Source: Macrostomum hystrix | Lineage: Eukaryota > Animalia > Platyhelminthes | DNA length: 64,000 bases | Reading direction: 5' to 3' | Assembly: GCA_950097015.1 (NCBI GenBank) | Contig: CATNEN010000007.1 | Coordinates: 4,464,001 to 4,528,000, forward strand | Position numbers and translations under genes: made by a program | In this document: piece after piece, positions 22,129-33,258 of the stretch | How positions within the stretch are numbered: position 1 is the stretch's first letter | How the letters are laid out: every line of letters starts with the position of its first letter | The notes under the pieces: generated by a model | Seen by the model: only the letters and a program-made list of their open reading frames with translations | Database searches by the model: none | What the model was told of the DNA's origin: nothing

Positions 22129-23130
22129 GTCGTGAATCAACCTGTGTTTGACCACTAAATCTAATATAACTGTCTGTAAATGTATCTGTATCAGTTTGTA
22201 TCAATGTGCTTGGTAACCAAGGGTCATTTGTTTTTTAAGTAACTTGAAAGCGAAAGCAATTATAAGTCAGATCTGAAATACACAGAATATTTTTCGGGAA
22301 GTAAAACACGGCTATGTTAAAAAAGCGAATCATTATGCAAATTGAAAGCGCAAGGTAGCGAGTGCTGAGTGCCCCGGCTCCGCTTTGACTTCAATTGATC
22401 GCACTCCAGTTCGATGTCTGAGACGGCACTTCATCCCTGAGCGCAGAAGGCTAATTGTTGCTTTATGGTCCTTCCACAGCTTTTTTAATTCCCAAGCGAT
22501 ATAGTTGCCATGGTAATCATCTGTTGGATGCTTTCTTTCCTGAAACAAAAATATAATTTCGAAGACAATCGAAATGCAAATCACAGCCTGTACGCTCGCA
22601 ATTGGCTCAGGTTCACAACAGTTTGAATAAATTAGCATGAGATGGGCAGGCTGCGATCGCAAGGTTTAAATTTCTATTTTTCGATACAAAATCGAACAGC
22701 AAGTTTACACGGCGTAATGACGAATAAATGTAAAGGGATTTCTGCCAGACAAGAAATCGTTTCCTTCTCCCGAATCTTGTTTTATCCCACATTCCAGCTG
22801 CGCGCCGTTTAGGATATTTTGCCCGCCAAACCGGCGCCTACGGGCACCTGGACCGCTCTGACATCCCATGTAAAAATTATCCTAAAAAATGATCCACTGT
22901 CCAAATCAGGTAAGACTGGCTGTTTACTCAGCCTTGGCTGCCCCCCAGTGTGCGAAAGATATCAAATTGAACTGGGAATTTTAATTCAAGCTGGATTATT
23001 CAATGCGGGCGAGATAATGGGAGACCGACTGCTTGGCGGATTAGCGATCAATTCCCCTTGCAGCTTAGAGCTCACCGCCTGCTGAATGAGGGAGAAGGCT
23101 GGGGCGCCCCCGCTGCTTTCGGGAAAATCC

Positions 23131-24580
23131 ACCTGAATGAGGGAATACCTGAATGAGGGAATACCTGACTGAGGGAATACCTGACTGAGGGAATGCCTAA
23201 ATGAGGGAATACCTGAATGAGGGAATACCTGAATCAGGCAATAACTGAATGAGGGAATACCTGAATGAGGCAATGCCTAAATGAGGGAATAACTGAATGA
23301 GGGAATACCTGAATGAGGGAATACCTGAATGAGGGAAGAACTGAATGAGGGAAGAACTTAATGAGGCAATGCCTCAATGAGGCAATTCCTGAATGAGGGA
23401 ATAACTGACTGAGGGAATAACTAAATGAGGGAATACCTGAATGAGGGAATACCTGAATGAGGGAATACCTGACTGAGGGAATAACTGACTGAGGGAATAA
23501 CTGAATGAGGGAATACCTGAATGAGGGAATAACTGACTGAGTGAATACCTGACTGAGGGAATACCTGAATGAGGGAATACCTGAATGAGGGAATACCTGA
23601 ATGAGGGAATACCTGAATGAGGGAATACCTGAATGAGGGAATAACTAAATGAGGGAATACCTGAATGAGGGAATAACTGAATGAGGGAATAACTGACTGA
23701 GGGAATACCTGAATGAGGGAATAACTGACTGAGGGAATACCTGAATGAGGGAATACCTGAATGAGGGAATAACTGACTGAGGGAATAAATGAATGAGGGA
23801 ATAACTGAATGAGGGAATAACTGAATGAGGGAATAACTGAATGAGGGAATACCTGAATGAGGGAATAACTGACTGAGGGAATAACTAAATGAGGGAATAC
23901 CTGAATGAGGGAATAACTGAATGAGGGAATAACTGACTGAGGGAATACCTGACTGAGGGAATACCTGAATGAGGGAATACCTGAATGAGGGAATACCTGA
24001 ATGAGGGAATACCTGAATGAGGGAATACCTGAATGAGGGAATAACTAAATGAGGGAATACCTGAATGAGGGAATACCTGAATGAGGGAATAACTGACTGA
24101 GGGAATACCTGAATGAGGGAATAACTGACTGAGGGAATACCTGAATGAGGGAATACCTGAATGAGGGAATAACTGACTGAGGGAATAACTAAATGAGGGA
24201 ATACCTGAATGAGGGAATAACTGAATGAGGGAATAACTGACTGAGGGAATACCTGAATGAGGGAATAACTGACTGAGGGAATACCTGAATGAGGGAATAC
24301 CTGAATGAGGGAATAACTGACTGAGGGAATAAATGAATGAGGGAATAACTGAATGAGGGAATAACTGAATGAGGGAATAACTGAATGAGGGAATACCTGA
24401 ATGAGGGAATAACTGACTGAGGGAATAAATGAATGAGGGAATACCTGACTGAGGGAATACCTGAATGAGGCAATACCTGACTGAGGCAATACCTGAATGA
24501 GGGAATAACTGAATGAGGGGATACCTGACTGAGGGAGTACCTGAATGAGAGCTGAGGGAGTGCCTGAATGAGGGTTGAGG
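23131..24580. repeat. 16-bp satellite (GAGGGAATACCTGAAT), about 90 copies
   Basis: Direct periodicity with recurring variant units. Confidence 0.97.
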
Positions 24581-24581
24581 G

Positions 24582-24918
24582 GGATGAGTGGCAGAGCGGT
24601 TGACGCGTTTGCCTCTCGCACCAAGGTCTCTAAACTCGATTCCGCCGCGAGGCCACATTAATTTGGGGCGCAGCCGCGGAGAGAAAGCTTGGTGGCTTGT
24701 CGTGCAATTTACGCCCTTGAGGGCCAACCTCCAACGCACAGTGAGAGTGTACACTGCCTGACGATGAGAAAGTCAGGGCAGATGTACACACCTGTGTGCG
24801 TGTGTGCTCAGGAGTCAGCGAAGTGGGCAGAATTGCCTCCTCGCTGGCTGCGGGTCTAGTGTCACCAAATGATGTGCCATTTCCGTCAGCCCTCCTGAAA
24901 ATACGAGTAAGTAAGTAA
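24582..24918 (+). mobile_element. Full-length tRNA-related SINE, family B, about 337 bp, with TSD
   Basis: A-box TGGCAGAGCGG (24589-24599), degenerate B-box ACTCGATTCC, (GTAA)n tail. GAGGGTTGAGG(G) is duplicated at 24570-24581 and 24919-24930. Related fragments at about 56450-56650 and 56975-57130. Confidence 0.8.
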
Positions 24919-25411
24919 GAGGGTTGAGGGAGTTCCTGAATCCTGAGAAGCAGCACTGTACCCAGCACGGGTCAGCTCCAATTCAGTCTTGAGTTGCCGC
25001 ATTGGAATCAGTTTTCCAGGAGTTCACCGAGCGGAAGAGGCCCAGAGAAAGTTGAAGAAACGTCGACAGGCCCATTTTTTTCGATCTCTAGCCAATCGCA
25101 GCGCCCGATGTGGGGCTGGACGAGCGGCGCGGCCATCCCCACCTCCTCCCGGGCCGGCGGGGAAACGGGGAGGAGGCGTCGCTCGGCTCAATTTTCGGGA
25201 TTTTTCCTAAACTTCGAAAAAAATCCACCCCAAACCAACTACCTGTCCCCTCCGCCTCCATCCACCTCACCCTCCACAGCCACCGCCGTCACCGACGCCA
25301 CCTCCTCACCTGCGCGGTCCATTGAATAACGAGCTTCCTCATCAATTGTTTACTTTATCCCAGGCCTCAGTGGTTGGACCCGAATCCCACGGCCTCCCTC
25401 CCAGCCGCAGT

Positions 25412-25417
25412 TATAAA
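25412..25417 (+). promoter_or_regulatory. Candidate TATA box of the NK4 gene (CCAAT at 25092)
   Basis: TATAAA in a GC-rich region about 230 nt upstream of the ATG at 25639. Confidence 0.5.
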
Positions 25418-25638
25418 GAGCCGAGGAGCCACTCGATTAGGCTATCAGGCATCCGACATTCGCAAAGTCACCCAGTCAGTGCCAGGCTTATCCCATTCAA
25501 GAGGATTTCTCTTCTGAAGTGAAGTGTCGGCCAAGCTCCCAAAGTCACCAGCTGCCGTCTCATCCTGTTCGGCGCGCCAAATCCCGGCCACTCGAAGCTG
25601 CCCGTCTCCTCCCTCCGCTGCTACAAGAGCACCGAGCC

Positions 25639-28600
25639 ATGCTGACCGAGCACTACCGGGCTGCTGCGGCTGCGGCTGCGGCCGCGGCTTTCTGCCACCA
25701 GCCCTACTACTTCAAGACCGAGCCATCGGCCGATCTGCACCAGCCGCAGCACCAGCAACAGCAGCAGCAGCTTCAGCATCATCAGCAGCTGACATCAGAC
25801 TTCTACGCCAGCCAGCAGCAGGCGTCCCTGATGTCGTCGTCCGCTGCGGAGCCGCCGACATCGCAGTCGGTGTGGAACTGCTGGAGGCAGACGGCGGCTG
25901 TGCAAGCTCAGGAGGCGGAGGCTGCGGAGGCTGCGGCTGCGGCGGCTGCTTTTGTTGGCGGAGGTGAGTTTGGTTGGAGACTGTGCAGGTTGGAGGGTAA
26001 GAGACGGGAATGTGAAAGGGACATGGTATGATGATTTTCATTCCGCATTCTGTCCGCCACCGCAGGCCAGCAGCTGACCGCGGCAGAAGAGGCAGCCTGC
26101 GACGCAGAGGCCGATGTCGAGTCTGGCACAGCCTCCTCTTCGCCGCCTTGCGCCCTGCGCAGCCAGCGCTCCAAGCGGAAGCCACGCATTCTATTCTCCC
26201 AGGCGCAGGTGTTCGAGCTGGAGAGGCGCTTCCGGCAGCAGCGCTACCTCAGCGCGCCGGAGAGGGAGCAGATGGCCAGCCTGCTCAAGATGACTCCGCA
26301 ACAGGTGAGCTCAGGACTGTCTTCTGACTGTCTCCTGACTGTCTTCTGACTGTCTCCTCACTGTCTTCTGACTGTCTCCTGACTGTCTTCTGACTGTCTC
26401 CTGACTGTCTTCTGACTGTCTCCTGACTTGTCTCCTGACTGTCTTCTGACTGTCTTCTGACTTGTCTCCTGACTGTCTTCTGACTGTCTCCTCACTGTCT
26501 TCTGACTGTCTCCTGACTGTCTTCTGACTGTCTCCTGACTGTCTTCTGACTGTCTCCTGACTGTCTTCTGACTGTCTCCTGACTGTCTTCTGACTTGTCT
26601 CCTGACTGTCTCCTGACTGTCTTCTGACTTGTCTCCTCACTGTCTCCTGACTGCCTCCTCACTGTCTCCTGACTGTCTCCTGAAAGTCGCCTGGTTGTTT
26701 TCTAATTCATAAAAGAGTCTATCACGTGTTCTAGATAATGAATACTTGGTTTACTATTGTGAAAATTCTAGCGCTAGCCTAAACAATTGATTAAATTAGT
26801 GATCTAGTCCATTTGATTTTTAGTTTCGCTGGGGTTAGGACCCTCTGATCAGGTGTTCACTGAAGGGTAAAACAACTCGAAATAAGCTTAGATGACAAAG
26901 TAAGATAAGCGAAGGCTGCTTGTTTGCATTGCTATTATAGCGAACAGATCAACGTAAAAGTGTAGATTCGCGACGAAAAAAAAAAATTTGACACCATCCA
27001 TAAGGAGCTAAATTAGACTTCGCCTCAGAGATGCCACTGCGATAAGCGAGCCTATTTTGCGAGCGAGTTTACCGAAAGTCAGTGGTCGATGTGACCTGTT
27101 GATAAAACTGCTTTTAGGGGCCCACCGAGGTCACGGAGACCGAACTCGTGTTGTTTAGCTAGCAATGTGAAAATAATTCACTCTTTACCAATCCAAGCGT
27201 TTGAGGGGCGCCACAGCACGATGCCAAAGAGAGATACCGAATCCCATGCAGTTCCTTGTAAAAAATTACTCCGCACTGACTAGCCACTTGCCACTTGCTG
27301 CTTGTCGGCTTTTACATTGGTCTTTGTTAGCTTGCTTTTTAGACTGCTATCATAGCCAAGCTGCAGCTAATTTAGTCCAAATATTTACATTTCCGATGCT
27401 TGTCAAAATCAACTAATAGTGTACGAGACTAATAAATTCAACATGCATTTGTTTACGGGACTAGTTTTTACAACAAACTAACTTTTGACAAGTTTATGAT
27501 TGGCCTGAAATTTATGAAACTCCACAGCTTGACTTGCAAAAAATATTAGATTAGCTTCGACTTGTATTAACTTTATGAGCCTAGGAATAGTAAATTAGTG
27601 AATCGAATACTCTGTCTATCGAAGTAAATAATGCTATTCATTCATTTTTTATATCCATTCCTAATTCTAGTCACTATTTAGTTCCTAATCCCCTTATTCA
27701 GTTACTGACTTCAGAATTTAGTTCCTGACTCCCTCCATGAAGTTCTTGACTCCCTCATGCAGTTCCTGAAGTAATCATTCAGTTCCCGAAGTCCTCATTC
27801 AGTTCCCGAAGTCCTCATTCAGTTCCTGAAGTCCTCATTCAGTTCCTGAAGTCATCATTCAGTTCCTGAAGTCCTCATTCAGTTCCCGAAGTCATCATTC
27901 AGTTCCTGACTTCATCATGCAGTTCCTGAAGTAATCATTCAGTTCCTGAAGTCCTCATTCAGTTCCTGAAGTCGTCATTCAGTTCCTGAAGTCGTCATTC
28001 AGTTCCTGAAGTCGTCATTCAGTTCCTGAAGTCGTCATTCAGTTCCTGAAGTCTTCATTCAGTTCCCGAAGTCATCATTCAGTTCCCGAAGTCATCATTC
28101 AGTTCCTGAAGTCATCATTCAGTTCCTGAAGTCGTCATTCAGTTCCTGAAGTCTTCATTCAGTTCCTGAAGTCGTCATTCAGTTCCTGAAGTCATCATTC
28201 AGTTCCTGAAGTCATCATTCAGTTCCTGAAGTCTTCATTCAGTTCCTGAAGTCGTCATTCAGTTCCTGACTTCATCATGCAGTTCCTGAAGTAATCATTC
28301 AGTTCCTGAAGTCCTCATTCAGTTCCCGAAGTCATCATTCAGTTCCTGAAGTCCTCATTCAGTTCCCGAAGTCATCATTCAGTTCTCTAAGTCGTCGTTC
28401 AGTTCCTGACTTGACCATTCAGTTCCTGAAGTCCACATTCAGTTCCAGGCATCACAATTCCTGACATTACAATCGAATTCCTGGAAAGAAAGAATAGCAT
28501 CTTTGTTCATAGCTCTTTGTCCGACAAAGAGCAATCAATCAGGCTAATAAGTCGTGCAGCGTATTATGTGCTGTCGCGGGTCACTACTTGAAGAACAATA

Positions 28601-30216
28601 AAACAGCAGCCGGTGTCCCCAAATTTAAGGAGCCGTTTCATGTCTATTAAGCCTCCTTACGTAGGCCAGCCAGCCAGCCAGCAGAATCCCATGCACAATG
28701 CGCAGTATTTCGGCAAGAATCTGTTGATCCGCAATAGAAGGAGCGAATCGAAATGAAAAAGTGGCCACCGCACCGGGATCACCTGTCCCATTGCGTAACA
28801 TGATCTGCGATTTGTCTCGCCGCCTTCCCCCAGTGGCCTGGCCGAGCCACTTTCCCCGTTGCTTCCAGAACAAACAATGCCGCTTGAATGGCGGGCCCGC
28901 AGCCAGTTTAATGATCCCCGCCTGCGAATAGCACTTGAGGATTTTTTTATTTGCCAGCCTCAATAATCATTTATTCATTGCCTCATCAAAGGCGGTGTAA
29001 GATTTCGGAGTCATTATCCCTCCGCCCACCCGCTCCAGAATTCTCCCCGCGGTGAGCAAATATTTGACAAAGGAGCGGCCTTTCAAAAGCTAGACTTTCT
29101 CTTTTAGAATAGTTTAGAAGTTGATTCACAGAGCCATTCTGCTTATATTCGATTATTGAGGGAATTAAAAATAAATAGCGGAATATCATACTCTCAGTTG
29201 AAGGACCGCTTTCACTAACACGCTGCCATAACACACAAAAATGATGAAGACTTGGGATAATCAATCCAGTCCCTAACTCTGTCATACAGTCCCAGACTCC
29301 ATCATCCAGTCCCAGACTCCATCATCCAGTCCCAGACTCCATCATCCAGTCCAGACTCCATCATCCAGTCCCAGACTCCATTATCCAGTCCCAGACTCCA
29401 TTATCCAGTCCCAGACTCCATCATCCAGTCCCAGACTCCATTATCAAGTCCCAGACTCCATTATCCAGTCCCAGATTCCATCATCCAGCCCAGACTCCAT
29501 CATCCAGTCCCAGACTCCATCATCCAGTCCCAGACTCCATTATCCAGTCCCAGATTCCATCATCCAGTCCAGACTCCATCATCCAGTCCCAGACTCCATC
29601 ATCCAGTCCCAGACTCCATTATCAAGTCCCAGACTCCATTATCAAGTCCCAGACTCCATCATCCAGTCCCAGACTCCATCATCCAGTCCCTGAAACCGAA
29701 CCTGCTAAAGCCTTTTATTTATTTGTTATTACAATAGAACTTTCGCCCCTGCTTGCCCAGGTGAAAATCTGGTTCCAGAACCGGCGCTACAAGGTCAAGC
29801 GGCAGCAGGCGGACAAGTCTGTGGAGCTGCAGGCCGCGGCTGCTGCGGCAGCAGCGGCGGCGGCCGCCTACGCCGGCAGGTGCCGCCTGCTGGGCGGAGT
29901 CGATACCGGCGCCGACGGCAACAGCGGTGGTGTCGGCCTGCAGTCGTCGAGCGCCGAATTTTCCAGTCCTGAACTGCAGCTTCAGCAGCAGCAGCAGCAA
30001 CATCTGCAGTTGCAGCAGCAGCAGCAACAAGCATATCAGCAACATCAGCAGCAGCAGCAGCAGGCCTTCAACCCCGGCCAGACAGCCACTCACCTGCAGT
30101 ACCCGGTGGCCTCGGCGATGTCTCACAGCTTCTCTAGCGGCTACTCGGCATTTTCCGGCCATTACCAGCAGCAGCACCAGCAGCAGCACCAGCATCACCT
30201 GTACGCCTGGCACTGA
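25639..30216 (+). CDS. NK4: NK2-class homeobox transcription factor, NK4/tinman/Nkx2-5 subfamily, about 339 aa
   Basis: Exons 25639-25963, 26066-26304, 29761-30216. Homeodomain [59 protein letters not shown] has Tyr54, KPR and NRRYK (NK4-type), followed by DKSVEL. AATAAA at about 30239. Confidence 0.92.
26316..26684. repeat. 11-bp array (CTGACTGTCT[C/T]) with 22-bp higher-order pairing, NK4 intron 2
   Basis: Direct periodicity starting about 12 nt after the donor. Confidence 0.95.
27715..28450. repeat. 20-bp satellite (CAGTTCCTGAAGTCATCATT), about 36 copies, NK4 intron 2
   Basis: Direct periodicity. Confidence 0.97.
29285..29692. repeat. 20-bp satellite (CCAGTCCCAGACTCCATCAT), about 20 copies, NK4 intron 2
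   Basis: Direct periodicity. Confidence 0.97.
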
Positions 30217-33200
30217 GCACCTGCTTGTGAAACTTAAAATAAATATGCAATAACTGTCTTCTTGTTCGTTTTTGGTTTTGCCTCCAGTACGAGCAGCTTC
30301 GATAGTGTCCTCTATCGTACCTGTACAGTGAAGCTGAATAAATGGCAATCAACTCTTGTTATTCTCACCTGTTCATCCTGTATAATGTAATGCCGCCTAA
30401 TATTCTACTGTTGTGACAGCTGTACTTGTCAAAAATTATCGATTGATTTTCGAAGCTTAGTTGAATCTACAGTGGAAATCGTCATATTTCGTTGTTCTCA
30501 CTTCTTCATGTGTCGCCAGTTTTCTAACTCAATAAATTCGATTAATTGACTGTTCTTGTAAATTTGCTGAAAATTTAACATTCTTTGAAGTTTTGTTGCT
30601 CGCTGAATTAAATTACTACCCATCAGGGGAAGACTGTGAGTGTGAACTTGAGTCTTTAAACTTTATTACGATAAAAATTGTGGAAGCATGCAGGGCATAA
30701 AAATGTTCTCTGCTTAGTCTAGCTTTCATCCCGGGATCTTAACAGTTCAGGTGAAGGAGCAGAAAAAATAGTGATGGGCGGAGGCGTCAGTCACGGATGC
30801 GGCCTGTCCGAAAAGTCGTCTCACATGGCTACTTTCCTGTGTCTCCGTCTCCTCCCTCGGTATTTTAAACACCCAGTGCCCAGTTCAGGGACACACTGGT
30901 GTTTGCTTTGAAACTCGCAACGCACACACATTTTAGTTGCGCTTTGCAGCAGCAGAAACAGAAGAGTCTACGCCAAATAGGGCTGGCAGTAAATGCGCAG
31001 AAATTGCTTGCGAATTCCCACGCACACAGGACAGGGCAAGCAGTTTTATTCCTCAAGTGGCAGCAGATCCCGCTTGCTTTGTCTATATATTGGAGTTGTC
31101 GCGTTGGAGTTTTCCCAGTTTTCCACAAACGCAGTTTGTTTGTCGAGGATTGCGAAAAAGGTAGGGTAAAATCTACCTTCGAGTGCGCCCAGCCTCTCCA
31201 AATCCCTATGCATCCGACCCTCCGGCACTTGGCAACCGTGAGGCGTTAAGCCGATTGGGCCGGTGCGAACTGGCCAGGCAGGAAAGTGGATTTCGCGAAC
31301 GTATTCAAAGCCATTGCAATGAAGGGCTTGGAAAGCAAACAGAAATTATTTTTTTAAAGAGGTGCAGATCACCGAAGTTTTTTAGGTAGAAAATCTAATT
31401 TTTCCTAAAGCTTCTGTCTATTGTGCAGAAGAGCTGACCAACACATGGATCTAATTCGTTGTTGAACATCTCTCGTAAATGTACGTTTAAATTGCTATAG
31501 ACTCGTAGGGTATTATGACTAGTAGATTTATTGGCCATTTGGAAATCAAATATGAGGAAGAACCCGCTTGAATCATTGGATCTTCTCTGTCAAAAACATA
31601 ATGAACAAGGCAAATGATCTGCGACTGAGTTGCTGCTGCATATAGTTTAACCGTGAGCAACAATTGTTACGGAGGCAATGCAGAGTGTTGCGATCAAATG
31701 GGCTGTGTACAACAGTCATAATTTACCAAGCCCACTTTGAAGTGGCGAAGTTATGTTGCCTCGCCGGAAAAAATGAAAATCTGAGAGTGAGGACAATGGG
31801 CCGGATTGGCAACTGGGATCCACCACTGATTGAAATTGTAATGTAAATAAATTAATATATGCGCGGAGATTGTGAGTCATAAATTTAACTACGATAAAAC
31901 TATTGTGACAAGCAGTACATGTGGTTCGATTAAAATAAGGTGGGTTCTCGGATCACAAATATATGCTCGAAATGATTATTAATAATACACTCTCTGCAGC
32001 CTTCATAATGTTCCTTATTCCTTGTTCCTCATTCATTCTCGGACAAATCTGTCATCACGCTTTTCGTTCCCCAAGAAACTGGATCCCTCAGATCAAAATG
32101 TGTGTAGCGTGTTTGAAAAGCAGATTATCCAAGAAACGTATCTGATATTTTTAGGTTGCTCAACGAGCAAAGCCCTAATAATTTTAATTTACTACCAATA
32201 AAAGAAACCTAAGATAGATGATTTCTTAATATTAATATTTATTTTTATCGACGTATTTGATTAATGCCATCTACATATATAAATTATTACTTTATTATGA
32301 AAATTATGTTTGTCTAAGGAATTTAAGTAAGTAACTAAATGCAGAACTCACTCTAGAACTGATGTAAACTGAAACAAAAGGAAACAATAATTTAACAATT
32401 TTCCGTTTCTGATAGAACTATTCATAATGGACCCAAGACTTCATACATTGATAAACCAGCACTTTTAACTGGCTTGGCAAATTTAATTACAGCTTTTTAT
32501 CTTACTTTACATTTTAGCTTAATCACTCAACAAGAATTTTGTATAAAAAACAATTAAATATTTTATCGAACGCTCAAGAGCTGCATTTTATTGATGGAAA
32601 TATCACACAGAATATTTTCTTCCAATAATGTGCGAAAGCACAGAAAATTATAAATTTTCGAAGTTCCGAAAAGAAATAATATTGCTTTGTTGCTAGTTAT
32701 GAGAAAACGAAATGCAGTCTGTACTTGATAAAATTTGTTATTATGATCATTCTTGTGGTAAATCAATACAAGGTATGTCTTAATAAACAATATGATAATA
32801 ATACCTACATGGTTAAGAAATATCACTTACAGATAAAAATAATATTTGTAGCCATTTTTATATGGTACTTAATATAGATAGAGTCTCAAACATATTTTAG
32901 CTACGCTAGCTAAGCATATTAGAACTGAAAAATGCTGTCGATAACAAATCACATTATCGTGATGTTTAGGAATTAAAAAGTTATGAAGTGGCCAACTCAA
33001 TATTAAATTCACACAAGGTTTACAGTTTACAGTAAGGTTTACAGTATTATATGAAATATATAAATATATAAATATAAATATATATAAAAATAATTATGAA
33101 TTGTCTATTCTTAGTTATTATGCTGTAGTCTTTGGTGCTCCTGTAAAATAGGTGAAAGCCATGTCATCTTTATATTTTTATGACACGAAGATGTAACAAC

Positions 33201-33258
33201 TATATTTTGACAATCTGCTTTTCAGTTTTCAGCGATTAGCAGCTACATATTTCTAAAG

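Noticed and set aside
18089-28938. NK2-binding sites TCAAGTG/CACTTGA (18089, 18362, 28932) as NK4 autoregulation
   Set aside because: About eight such 7-mers are expected by chance in 64 kb, so there is no enrichment.
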